Below, piece after piece: positions 32,667-62,438 of a stretch of 64,000 nt of DNA; within the stretch, counting starts at the first letter, position 1, and every line of letters begins with the position of its first letter. The notes beneath the pieces were generated by a model. It worked only from the letters and a program-made list of their open reading frames with translations, did not search any database and was not told the origin of the DNA. A program made the translations under genes and the position numbers. This DNA is from Octopus sinensis (Eukaryota), in contig NC_043020.1 in the NCBI RefSeq assembly GCF_006345805.1, forward strand, positions 19,468,001 through 19,532,000. The letters run 5' to 3'.

Positions 32667-32959
32667 TCCATCACCACTAGTAAAGCACTGGGGTTGATGT
32701 AATCGACTTACCCCCTCCCTTGAAATTGCTGGCCTTGTGCCGAAATTTGAATTCAATATCTAACGTAAATTAAAAAAAGCGTCCTGTTCTAAATGTTAAG
32801 TATTTCTTTTCAAAATGCATTTAGCTGATCTTTTTCTTCTGATTTTAATGATTTCTTTTAATTAATTATGAATGATTACGAATCCAGAATAGAGCGTGGT
32901 ACGTTAGCGTGCTGTTCACTGCAGCATCCTTACTCTACGCTGTGAAATAATTATATCTG

Positions 32960-33172
32960 GATTAGGATTGAGTCTAGTGTTAAGAGACTGGGGTTAGGCT
33001 TACTGTTGAGGGTTAGGGTCAGATTACGGTTTAAGGTTGGGTTATAGTTAGCGTTAAGGGCTTAGGTTTAGGGTTAGAGTTTAGGGTTAAGGTTTAGGGT
33101 AGGGCTGGATTTAAGGTTAAGATTTAGGGTTAGGATTAAGGTTTAAGGTTAGGGTTTAAAGTAAGGGTTAGA
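32960..33172 (+). repeat. Degenerate (TTAGGG)-like repeat tract
   Basis: Many GGTTAG/TTTAGGGTTA variants. Confidence 0.7.
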
Positions 33173-33974
33173 TTGTACGCTAAACTGAATGGCACAAAAT
33201 AGAATCTACGTTATGAATAAATGAATGAAAGAGATACAAGTTATGCATGGCTGAAAGATGGTACATTCATTTTTAGATCAAAGAATTCAACCACACTACA
33301 TAATGCCAGGTCCGAAATTTTTAGCTAATGCAAGCATATGAACAAATTTCTTTTGTTCAATTGGAGGATACCACACACTCCGGATTGAGTAGCTATATTA
33401 TTCTTCGTTATATTATTCTATAACAGTTAGATTAATTACGATTTCTGCACACAAAGAGTATAACGATCTTAGTTTTCTCTCGTTCCACTTTTTACATCAA
33501 CCTTCTTCGCATCTTTCCTCCTTTTATTTTCTCATATTTTCTCATCGACCCGCGTCCTGATTTCCAAATAGGTCTAACAGTATGCAACGAACCTGAAAGA
33601 CTGCTCAAAGATATATGGCATGTCATACATATCTAACAAATTATTGTATCTCTACAACATGAAACTTTTAATAGATCTTTTCTAAATTCTGTGTATATTA
33701 AATAAATGGTAGTTATCTCGCATTGGGTAGATCACTATTATTTTTACCTTACCTATAACGAAACAGCAAATTATATATATCCATGCATACATGTATACAC
33801 ACACATATATATATAAGAAAAAATGGGGTTAAAAATCCTGGCAGATATCAATTAAGCACACACTATAAAGGAATAAGGATTTTTAAGGTGTGATCTACAA
33901 TAAAGATATGGTTTCTTCGTGCATATATATATGTATATATATATACATATATATATATATATTATATATATATA

Positions 33975-34025
<51 letters not shown>

Positions 34026-36204
34026 CTGGAACATTTATAGGATTTTCTAGTTTAATTGGATGCCTGCTACCCAAGAATCATGACTACTGTAGATAATTAC
34101 GCTCAAAATCTGTTGGCAAAGTCGGATCTTGAAGCCTGTAAGTATCTTATTAAATATTTTTATTGCTTTATTTACATAGATTTATCGAATAAATAACAAG
34201 TGATGGAGGTTTGTTGAAACCAGAATAAACCTGTAAAACCAGCATAAGAGTAAATGATAATATTTTGACTTATTTAAATTTTGCACGTAATGTTTTTCTC
34301 TCCCACCATCTCTCTCTCTCTCTCTTTCTCTCTCTCCGAATTATCATCCATGAATTTGGAATCCAGAGACTTTCTTTTTATTAGTAAATTTGAAAAAAAA
34401 GGGGGCAGTGCTTATATTTCTCTTAGACCCATTCTAATATTGGTGAATAGGGGAAACTGGATGAGGCTAAATGTAGTTAAGATTCCGTTGAAACTGCCGA
34501 TTCTCAATGCTGGAAGAAAAAATACATACCTATGGGTTCCAGGGGGACTCAATTTTAGCGGACGGGATCAAGGTAAAGTGTTTAGAATAGAGCAGAGTAA
34601 GAGAAAGAAAGACAGGTTATATTTTGAGACCGGTGGAATTTAACTCCGCTTCTGAATTCATCCACAGAAGAATGTGAACTCAATACTTCAATTGGCGAAT
34701 CGCTTATGAAATTTGCAGTGGTAATTAATAATAAATAATTGCGCCCTTTTAAAGCCTAGCCAGGCTCATGAGCCCGGTTTCCTGGTTTCCATGGCGTATG
34801 TGTTTTCCAGCTGGACAGACGCCAGGCCATCGCAGCGTTACTCATTTTTGCCAGCTGAGTGGACTGGAGCAACGTGAAATGAAGTGTTTTGCTCAAGAAC
34901 ACAACGCGTCGCCCGGTCCAGGGTAATTACTGTTGTAATAAATCGCTTGTATCCCAGGACACTGGTTTACAACATGAAAGTTGAGTTTTGTGCCCCAAGG
35001 ACACCATGCAATACCTGTGATAAAATATGAGCTGTTAATCCTGACTGAAGAACAAAATAGCTTACCTCCTGGGCACAACACAACCAAGCAAATATTTACT
35101 TAAAGCAGGTCTATGATTAATCGTGGAAATATTACTTTGTAGACATCGAAGAGGCATATGACCGTATGCTGTCGTAGGTTTTTCAGAACTTAGGGAGTAC
35201 TGGGCAACGACTGGTTACCGTGAAGTTCTCTTGCAGTAAAAGGCTAATAGTGCTTTCAACCTGGGTGCTGGACTTCCGCAGGGCTTTGTATTGTCACCTC
35301 TCCTTTTCATAATTTTTATGAACTTTGATGAACGCGCACAGCCATAATGAAAGCGATATCACAATAAGTTGATGTATGACAGTAAGCTAATTCATGCACA
35401 AATGCGCCAGCTCCAGCATTCGATCCTCAGAAGAGAAGTTGGTCAAAGGAAGCTAAATATGCCTTCTTCACTTTGGTTTTGTGCTTATCCCTACCTATGG
35501 TCATAGATATTGGGTACATATTGAAAGAGTACGATTGCGCATGCAAATGTTTGATATGGGGTTCCTCTAAAGGGTTTCTGGAGTAATCTTACTCGACAGG
35601 GTGCATAACTTTGAGATCAGAGTCTCTCTCCAGGTCAACCTACTACATTTCCTTACTGAGAGGTCACAGATCCAGTACTAGAACGAATGATTAGAAAGTC
35701 AGAGGAAAGAATTGCAAGACAGATTCTTCAAGATGCGACAACCAGTAGAAAATCTGGGGCAGGACAAAAATGTAATGGTTGAATAATATCTAAAGTTTCA
35801 ATAGGTCATGCTCGGAAATCCAATCACAAAGTCTAACGATGGCTATTTCTTGTAGGACCCTATGCAGGGGGTGCTTGATGACTACCTCCTCAACCCTCCC
35901 AGGAAATGTGAGAAGAGAAGATAAATGGATGTCCAGTGATCGATCAACTGATTCATTCGGTCTTTCACGTGAGATTGTAGAGATTGCACAAAGAGTAAAT
36001 TTTATTGATATCTATAGAACCTTCAGTCCATTCTCTGACTGAAATTTGGGATAAAAAAGGATCTTAACATGTTCTAAGAAGCAAAAACAACTCCCAGATA
36101 CATTTTAGGGTTAGCCAAAATAAAACATCTGCGAAATAATACTTTGGATTTTGCATGGTAAACAAAGTTTTACTCCTCTCGCTTTCTCTTCTATTCCCTT
36201 TCAG

Positions 36205-52932
<16,728 letters not shown>

Positions 52933-53065
52933 GTGAGTAGCGAATAGATGTCTGAGCATTTGGGATAAGTGATGAGAAAACACAGCATCTGTGACAAGGG
53001 ATGCATTTTGAAACCTAGGCTTGTTTTCATAACAAGGGATCTCTTTCTCTCTTCTTCTTCTTCTC

Positions 53066-53165
53066 NNNNNNNNNNNNNNNNNNNNNNNNNNNNNNNNNNN
53101 NNNNNNNNNNNNNNNNNNNNNNNNNNNNNNNNNNNNNNNNNNNNNNNNNNNNNNNNNNNNNNNNN
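53066..53165. other. Assembly gap (100 N)
   Basis: Run of N. Confidence 1.
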
Positions 53166-54260
53166 TTGAGGACGACAGGGACGCCTGGAGAAGCTGAACC
53201 TGTCCACAGCGCGCTGGCAGGTGCCCGCAAAAAGATCAACTGCTTGGAACTGGCCAGGAGCAGGCGTCCACTGGGATGGTCGGCGGCCCAGGTCAGTGAA
53301 GCAGTCCTCCTCGTTTGATGCGGGTGGAGTGTCGCGGAAAAGCGCACACAACCTAACACGACGCACAAAGCTGTGGATATCAGCACGAGTCTGAAATTCA
53401 TTACAGGATGGAGTGAGGGGGATGAAAAGCAGACCCCTACTGAGGATGGAGCGCTCCGCCACAGAGAGGGGAAGATCTGGGGGAATGGTAACAATAGACT
53501 GAAGTGGAGAAGGGGTGGATGGAATAGAAGTAGGAGGGGTGGATAGGGTGGAGGTAGGAGGTGGTAGGGCTGGTGGAAGGCTGGGAGGGAGGGGTGGGGA
53601 TGTGTGGGGGGTTGGAGGGACAGGGGTTTGGGTGTGGGTGGGTGGAGCGTATCAGGGAGAGAGAAGGGTAGTGAAGAAGTTGGGGTAGTGACATCGGGTG
53701 TGATAGAATGGAGGAGTGAGTGGAATTTACGAAGTTTGGTGTTGGCAAGAAATTGATGAAAGAGATGATTTAAATGAATTATATAACGCAACGTGTTGTG
53801 AGCATGGAAGGGCGGTAGAGAGGAGAAAAAGATGGAAAAAGCAGGAGGGAGAAGGCGGTCGGTAGTATGTATTTTAGAGAGATTGGAGCGAATGGTGGCA
53901 CACATAAGGCAGTAGGATGTGGTACGAGTATGGGTAGGATGGATGAAGCAGAGTGGAGAGCGGGGTGGAAATGGAGGCGGAAACCTTTAGGGATGAGGCG
54001 GTGATGTAAGCAGCGACTGAGAAATGAAACGTGGCTGGAGAAGCGAGTCTTTTTGTAAATGAGTAAAGAAAGGTTTATGGACGGCTGATAGCAGTGGGAA
54101 GGAAGTAAGCGGAGTCTTACATTTGCTTTTATTAGAAGCGTTCGAATGTGTATTGTACGATACAAAAAAAGAAGGTGATAATTTTTCGAGCATAACATTA
54201 TCGTTAGAACACCAGAAATAATGGGTCGTACATGCGACGCTTCTAATAAATACAAATGTA
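53166..54260 (-). mobile_element. GC-rich Penelope-like element, N-terminal ORF, truncated by the gap
   Basis: FLSRCLHHRLIPKGFRL; ERSILSRGLLFIP...FVRRVRL...SQWTP. Confidence 0.8.
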
Positions 54261-54390
54261 AGTTTGTTTATATATACACGCGATTGTTCAATTAGCTATT
54301 TAGTGTATAAAATCGACGGTTGAGCTCTCTGCGGGCAGTTTAGCTTAATGGTAAAGCACTCAGACTGTGTTTTGGGGTATGTGGGTTCGA

Positions 54391-55100
54391 TTTAGTTAGT
54401 TAGTTAGTTAGTTAGTTAATTTGGCTCAAAAGCAAATAGCAAGGCCATGTAGGGGGACATGGAGTTAAGTACAGGGTGGTGTTCATGTAAAGAGTTCAGG
54501 CCACTTGAGGTCCAGGGAGGCTTTGAACAAAGCGGTCGTCGGCATCTTCACCATCTCGTCTGGCAGCTTGTTCCACGGATCCGCAACCCGGACGGAGGAA
54601 AGCTCCTCTCCTTCGATTGAGATGAAATCGTCGCAGGTAGAGCTTTTCGGAATGACCCCGCAGCCGACGCTCTGGAGCAGAGTGAAGAACAGCTCTTTCG
54701 AGAGGTTACACTTTCCGCTTATGATGTTGTGGGCGAGAATGAGATCACCACGGCGGCGGCGTTTTTCAAGAGAATAAAGGTCGAGCGTCTCCCAGCCTTT
54801 CTCGTAGGATAAATTTTTGAGACCATGAACCATGCGGGTAGCCAGCTTCTGGACTCTTTCGAGATGCTGTATGTCTTTGAGGAGATAAGGAGAAGAGGCT
54901 TGAATCCCATACTCCAATATGGGTCTCACCAGCGTGACATAGAGTGGTAGGAATATGGCTGCTGTGAGCATTCCGAATGACCGTCGAATCAAGAACAGAA
55001 TTCCGCGTGCTTTGTTGGCAGCATGGACGCACTGGGCCGAAGGCGAAAGGAGGAATCCACCAAGATACCCAGGTCCTTTACCTGATCGGTCCTCTCCAGC
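54391..55100 (-). mobile_element. CR1-clade LINE 3' end with (TAAC)n tail
   Basis: ORF 54483-55109: LYVTLVRPILEY..SPYLLKDIQHLERVQKLATRMV..RRRRGDLI. Confidence 0.9.
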
Positions 55101-55384
55101 AGCAGACATTTACCCATTGTTTCTGCTGTTTTTAGTATGAGTTTTATTCTTCTTTAATACTCCTTTCTTATTTTTTCCTTCATAGTAGCACGTTGTATAC
55201 CCTCTCCTTCATTTATCACCTGGTATTTATAGTTTTCTTGTGGGTCAAGTAGCGTCGATATCTAATTTAATGGAAGCAGCTTGCTTGAGCTTGCCTCTTA
55301 CAAAAGTTGCCTTAGCCCACTTATCAAGGGATTGTTACGTTCGAAACAATATCACATTCTTCTTTGTATCATATATATATATAA

Positions 55385-55477
<93 letters not shown>

Positions 55478-55507
55478 ATAATATATATGTATGTATATAA
55501 TATATAT

Positions 55508-55975
55508 ATATGGCGAGAAAGATATGCCATAATATACATCTGGAAGATCCTAGAAAGACTTGTCCCAAACTTGGCATCGAGAGTTACACAAATACTAGAA
55601 CTGGGCGCCACTGCATAGTGCCAAGGACTCCAAATTTGCCATCAAGATGTAGGACAAGATACTGTGATAGCCTGGGCTTCAGAGGCCCACAGCTCTTCAA
55701 TATCCTCCCGAAGAACCTGAGAGACCTGCATAGGGTGGATGCAGATGTCTTTAAAATAAAACTGGATCTCCTCCTGTCAGATGTCCCAGATGAACCAACT
55801 TCACGGCAGGAGGTACAGATGAGGGTAGCTGCATCGAACTCTCTCATGCACCAAATGGCAATTGCTAAAAAGCATTCGTGAAGTAAAATCATGTAGCAAC
55901 ACCAAATGGTGGTGCCCCAGCATGGCCACAGCTCGTGAGCTGAGACTAGATAAAATAAAATAAAATAAGAACTAA
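55508..55975 (+). mobile_element. CR1/L2-group LINE 3' end including 3' tail
   Basis: TGRHC..GPQLFNILPKNLR..DVFKIKLD.LL..VPDEP..ASNSL; tail ends in (ATAAA)n. Confidence 0.8.
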
Positions 55976-56332
55976 AAATAAATATATATATATCAGAGGC
56001 GACTCCAGATCATCAGCGTCACTCGGTCTCATCACAGATTTTGCATAAGACTCAAGACTCATGTATAAAAGAATGTAAGAGACGTAATGCACACCACAGA
56101 CTTATATGTGCACGGATAATTTACCAATAAGACAGAAATATAGTTTTAATACGTCTTTCTCTATTTCCAAATTAAGAATAAAAATAATCAACCCTGCAAA
56201 ACACAACTGATCTTTACACACAGACACACAGAATAACAGCAATTAAATAACGACAGCAGAGTGTACAACAAACATCAGTGATCTGACTTCGCTTGTACTC
56301 TTGACAAGAGATGCCAGTTAGTTTTTTACACC

Positions 56333-56784
56333 TACCAGGCTCGTTCGTGTGAGCCCGAGTTGCTGGATAACTTTTCGTTCCTTTAAGAATATTTTAGAAC
56401 GGAAACTTTTCATAGAATGGAATTTAATATATAAATTTGGAATCTCTCTATAAATTTATTATTTCAAAAACACATTGAATTTGAATTTCTTTTAATTTTT
56501 ACGATTATAGATAACAATTCGGGCTGTAATTTCTGAGCCCGAGTCAGGTGCGTGTGAACAATGTCGAGAGAATGTCTACTACGAATGATATTTTTTGACA
56601 CCTCTAAGACGACCGCCAGACGCTGAACGAAAATAAGTGAACTCGACCAGGCTCAATAATAAGAGCCCGAGTTATTGGCTGAATTTACATACTCGAAGTC
56701 AGTGTTGGTAGGACTTAAATCAGCTTGCAAATACACGCTCACTTTACTAAATTTATACTCGGGCTAAGCCCCAACAGCTCGAAT
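56333..56784. other. Four 28-bp palindromic sites, consensus ACTCGGGCTC-N8-GAGCCCGAGT
   Basis: Sites at 56333, 56517, 56645, 56757. Confidence 0.6.
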
Positions 56785-57369
56785 ACCGGAGTTGCCATTG
56801 ATATCGAAACGTGGAGTAGACGAAACAGGGACAACTGAAGAAGGGGAATCTTCTTTATGTTGTATTCTCGTTTCTCTGTTGTTTTTTTTTTCGTTGTTCG
56901 AAAAAAAGTTCGTTTTCTATGTTTTTGTTTTTATGTTTTCGTTTCTCATTGTGTTCAACGTTTTTTTTATGTCCTGTACCCATATATGCGTGTATGTATA
57001 CATATATATGTATGTACATATATGTATATATGCATATATTTATATATTATTTATATTATTATATACATACACACTTACACACACTTAAACACACATACAC
57101 ACACATACACACACATACACCATATCATACGTGTATATCTGTGTGTGTGTGTATGTGTGTGTGTGTGTGGCGTGTGTGCGTGCGTGTGTGCGTGTTCGGT
57201 TGGCCAAAGAGTCTTTTTTGTTTTTGTTGCCACTAAATTTCAATCAGTTTGTCATTTGCACATGCGCACTCGTTAGATACAAGACACTTCATTGAAGTCC
57301 GATGCAAACTTGTGATGAAACAGATTGTATTTTCCATGCTTGGGATCACCCTGAAAATTGAAGTTTTTT

Positions 57370-57500
57370 TTTATTATTTTTAAAAAGGCAAAAAGCGGCG
57401 GAAACCTGTAGGAATATACGCGCTGTGTACGGAGAGGATATTGTTACTGATCGTATATGCCAAAAGGGGGTTTCAAGATTTCGATCGAGAAATTTTCCGG
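57370..57500 (+). mobile_element. Mariner transposase N-terminal (HTH) fragment
   Basis: AAETCRNIRAVYGEDIVTDRICQKGVSRFRSRNF. Confidence 0.75.
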
Positions 57501-58239
57501 TTATTCCAATATATTTTTCATCTATTATGATTTCTTTTTATGACATCGTTGTGTCGAATAGGGAGGGAGTCTTCGGAAACATACCCTTGCATAGTCTACC
57601 TGTCTTCGGTGTATTGAGCGTTTCATATTCAGTTTTTTGGGGGTTTTTAGGCGCAGGCATAGCTGTGTGGTAAGAAACTTTCTTCCCAACCACATGGTTC
57701 TGGGTTCAGTCTCTTCGCGTGACACCTTGAACAAGTGTCTTCTACTATAACCCCAGGTTGACCAATGCCTTGTGAGTGGATCTGGCAGACGAAAACTGAA
57801 AGAAGCCCATCATGTGCGTATGTGTGTGTGTGTGCGTGCGTGTGTATGTGCGTGCGTGTGTGTGTGTGCGTTTCTTTGTGTCTGTGTTTGCCCCACCACC
57901 ACCACTACTACTGGTTTGTTTATGCCACCGTAACTTAACGGTTCGGGAAAAGAGACCAATAGAATAAGTACCAGGTTTTGTAAAAATAACTACTGGGGTC
58001 GATTCATTTCACTAAAAAAAAGTTCTCTAAGGCGGTGCCCCAGCATGGCCGCAGTCTAATGACTGAAATACGAAAAAGATAAAAAAGTAAACAAAAAAAC
58101 AGACGTTAGTCCGGGTGTTTTTGAGATTGAATGGGAAGATGGCGTCGGGAAGAGAGTGCTTCCTGAGGTGCCGATACGTAGGACGTTGTGCTCTTCGCTT
58201 TCAGCCCTAAGTTTATATATTCATTTTGGTTGCTATTAT

Positions 58240-58750
58240 TTAGCAAGAGCTATCTCACAGATAATAAACGACATTCGAAGGTTGCCTGCTCTGATGTCGA
58301 GCCTCAACCTCCTTCATCTCTTCGTAGAAGTTTCCATTTGATGCCAGGATCATACACGTTTTAATGTCTACAGAGTGGTTTTCCTCTACAGACCAATCAA
58401 GTATGCCAAATGTTGGAATCAGCTCTGGTACTGCAAATGCATTGTAGGATATTGTCTTATTGTGAGAGCAGAGTTCCTACTTCCATATTTTTCTAAGTTT
58501 TGTGTAATATTCATGGGTTACTCTATCTTTATTCACAGCACTTTCGTATGTTTACATCAATGCCCAGGTATTTGCTGCGTCCTTTGCGTTGAACGGGAGA
58601 GATAGATACAGATTATCGATAAACAGGATTTGGTTTCGGGAGACAGATTTCCACGTTCAACAGATACGAACGCTTTTTTGGCCCAATTCCATTCCTATGT
58701 AAGGTGATAATATTAAGTCCAGCTGTTTTGTAGCATCGTAAACATTTTTA
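58240..58750 (-). mobile_element. R4/Dong-type LINE RT C-terminal fragment
   Basis: KYLGI..EYYTKLRKIW..NAFAVP.LIPTFGILDWSVEE. Confidence 0.72.
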
Positions 58751-58914
58751 GCATAGATCTTCAGATGTAACCCATCATTGATGGGTTACATCGGTATCAC
58801 AAACAGTTACAGACCTTAGCATGTAGCCATTGGATTTTTATAGCGGATAATGGATTTAATGCCAAGATAAACAGATTACGGAAAGACTATCTCTTTGGAA
58901 TATTTGAATATAGG

Positions 58915-58986
<72 letters not shown>

Positions 58987-59164
58987 TAAATAGATAGATA
59001 GACAGACAGATAGACTGACAGACAGACAAACAGATACATACATTCACACACACATATATACATAAATACGTTTATGTACTTATATATGTGTTCGTGTGCA
59101 TGTAATATATATATATATATATAAGAGAGAGAGAGAGAGAGAGAGAGAAGAGAAAGAGAGATAC

Positions 59165-59227
<63 letters not shown>

Positions 59228-59383
59228 AAGTATGTATATATAAGTATATGTGTGTGTATACATACATGCATAATATGTATATGTATATATATATATAATA
59301 TATATATATATATATAAAAAATTTTGCACAACAAATATTTAAACGTATATATATATAATATATATATATATATTATATACACA

Positions 59384-59417
<34 letters not shown>

Positions 59418-59924
59418 ACATACGTATCTAACATATGTTTATATCTACACACATATTCAATATATGTGTCTGCCGTTTGTTTTTCCATTACTCAGCTTTG
59501 TGTTCACAATTCATTTATAAGTGCTCCTCCGCTAGTCGGAAGCAAGATATACGTCGTTTATAAACAAAAAAAATTACCAACATTTGGCCAAAACATGACA
59601 ACCAACGTCCATTTTACCCCCAACTGGTCGAACAATATAAAAGTACTGAGATAATGAAGCTAAGTAATGAGGAGGAGGAGAAGGAATTGCAGCGCAGAAG
59701 ACAGTCGAATACGTCTAATTATACTCGACTTCATGTGTTGAGTACTTCTTATATTCTTATATACACACGCTCACACACTCGCATGCAAAACATACATTAC
59801 ACACACATACACGCGCGTGCACACACGCACACACAACAACACATATATATATATGTATATATATATATGTACATATATATATATGTTATATATATGTACA
59901 TATATATATTATATATATATATAT

Positions 59925-59975
<51 letters not shown>

Positions 59976-60345
59976 ATATTATATATATATTATATACACA
60001 GATGTATATACATATAAGCGCAAATAGGTAGAAAAAGAGGGAGAGATGCACACGTAATTTTACATATATGTGATGTAAGCATGGGTTTGTGTATGTGTGT
60101 GCGTGCGTGCGTGTGTGTGTGTATGTGTGTGCTTGTGTGTGTGTGTGTGTCTTCATTTTTCTTAATTATTTGCTTGAATTCTTTAACTGCTTTCTACCAA
60201 AAAACCAACGTTTCATCTCTGATATAACAATGCAGAATTACATATTGAACTTTAATAAAGTCTTGCATACCTTTACTGTTCCGCTTATAAGTTATATTTT
60301 TAAAGTACATGCTGGATTTTTATTTCTTATATATTTTTTTATTTT

Positions 60346-60407
<62 letters not shown>

Positions 60408-60693
60408 ATTTCAACAATTGAGGGTAAAATTAATTAATTAATTAATCAATTTCACCAAGTATTCAGTATGCAAAGGGACCATTTAAGGCAAATTCAAATT
60501 ATTACATATATAAAAGGGCTTAGTAAAATAAATTACTTTGCCGCATACTGAACTCGTTAGAAATAGCAGCTAAAAAAACTTTTTATAAAACTATTTCTAA
60601 CACTTAAAGAAAACCTCTCTCATATAGTGTTTGCTCAATTCAACTCAAGAAAGTATGAGGGTAGAGACATTAAAAAATCAAATGCAAAGGTTA

Positions 60694-60751
60694 TTTGAGT
60701 ACGTACGTTTCAAGATTAGTCAAAATCGACCCTTCTCTCATCAGCTCAGAA
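60694..60751 (-). ncRNA. Hammerhead ribozyme, array copy 1 (GUA site)
   Basis: Minus strand: TTCTGAG-CTGATGA-GAGAAGGGTC GATTTT GACTAATCTT-GAAA-CGTACGT-A-CTCAAA. Confidence 0.8.
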
Positions 60752-61251
60752 TGCCCTTGTTTGAATTTGAAAACACTGAAAATGGGAGCATACCCTTTCG
60801 GCTTGTTATCGCTTCTGAAGATCTGTTCCAAACTAACAGTGCCAACAAACAAATATGCAAGAGAAAAATTTCTGCTCTCCCCTTTCCACCAGCGTGGGTT
60901 AAAATCAGCAAACACTATGCTTTTTTCGGTAAAATCCGAGACAATTAAAGAGAGAGATGAATTATAATTTCAACAATTGAGGGTAAAATTAATTAATTAA
61001 TTAATCAATTTCACCAAGTATTCAGTATGCAAAGGGACCATTTAAGGCAAATTCAAATTATTACATTATATAAAAGGGCTTAGTAAAATAAATTACTTTG
61101 CCGCATACTGAACTCGTTAGAAATAGCAGCTAAAAAACTTTTTATAAAACTATTTCTAACACTTAAAGAAAACCTCTCTCATATAGTGTTTGCTCAATTC
61201 AACTCAAGAAGTAATGAGGGTAGAGACATTAAAAAATCAATGCAAAGGTTA

Positions 61252-61309
61252 TTTGAGTACGTACGTTTCAAGATTAGTCAAAATCGACCCTTCTCTCATC
61301 AGCTCAGAA
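61252..61309 (-). ncRNA. Hammerhead ribozyme, array copy 2
   Basis: Same motif as copy 1. Confidence 0.8.
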
Positions 61310-61815
61310 TGCCCTTGTTTGAATTTGAAAACACTGAAAATGGGAGCATACCCTTTCGGCTTGTTATCGCTTCTGAAGATCTGTTCCAAACTAACAGTGC
61401 CAACAAACTCAAATATGCAAGAGAAAAATTTCTGCTCTCCCCTTTCCACCAGCGTGGGTTAAAATCAGCAAACACTATGCTTTTTTCGGTAAAATCCGAG
61501 ACAATTAAGTAGAGAGAGATGAATTATAATTTCAACAATTGAGGGTAAAATTAATTAATTAATTAATCAATTTCACCAAGTATTCAGTATGCAAAGGGAC
61601 CATTTAAGGCAAATTCAAATTATTACATTATATAAAAGGGCTTAGTAAAATAAATTACTTTGCCGCATACTGAACTCGTTAGAAATAGCAGCTAAAAAAA
61701 CTTTTTATAAAACTATTTCTAACACTTAAAGAAAACCTCTCTCATATAGTGTTTGCTCAATTCAACTCAAGAAAGTATGAGGGTAGAGACATTAAAAAAT
61801 CAAATGCAAAGGTTA

Positions 61816-61873
61816 TTTGAGTACGTACGTTTCAAGATTAGTCAAAATCGACCCTTCTCTCATCAGCTCAGAA
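61816..61873 (-). ncRNA. Hammerhead ribozyme, array copy 3
   Basis: Same motif as copy 1. Confidence 0.8.
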
Positions 61874-62380
61874 TGCCCTTGTTTGAATTTGAAAACACTG
61901 AAAATGGGAGCATACCCTTTCGGCTTGTTATCGCTTCTGAAGATCTGTTCCAAACTAACAGTGCCAACAAACTCAAATATGCAAGAGAAAAATTTCTGCT
62001 CTCCCCTTTCACCAGCGTGGTTATAAAATCAGCAAACACTATGCTTTTTTCGGTAAAATCCGAGACAATTAAGTAGAGAGAGATGAATTATAATTTCAAC
62101 AATTGAGGGTAAAATTAATTAATTAATTAATCAATTTCACCAAGTATTCAGTATGCAAAGGGACCATTTAAGGCAAATTCAAATTATTACATTATATAAA
62201 AGGGCTTAGTAAAATAAATTACTTTGGCCGCATACTGAACTCGTTAGAAATAGCAGCTAAAAAAACTTTTTATAAAACTATTTCTAACACTTAAAGAAAA
62301 CCTCTCTCATATAGTGTTTGCTCAATTCAACTCAAGAAAGTATGAGGGTAGAGACATTAAAAAATCAAATGCAAAGGTTA

Positions 62381-62438
62381 TTTGAGTACGTACGTTTCAA
62401 GATTAGTCAAAATCGACCCTTCTCTCATCAGCTCAGAA
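62381..62438 (-). ncRNA. Hammerhead ribozyme, array copy 4
   Basis: Same motif as copy 1. Confidence 0.8.

Noticed and set aside
54333-54390. tRNA-like sequence
   Set aside because: Truncated with a poor anticodon stem; probably a SINE head or pseudogene. No functional tRNA is called anywhere in the window.
58766-58794. Perfect 14-bp palindrome (GATGTAACCCATCA-T-TGATGGGTTACATC)
   Set aside because: Isolated, at the edge of a LINE fragment; likely an insertion-junction fold-back with no further support
59520-59730. Unique island with short acidic ORF MKLSNEEEEKELQRRRQ
   Set aside because: No convincing splice sites and no similarity to the expected gene 2 exons
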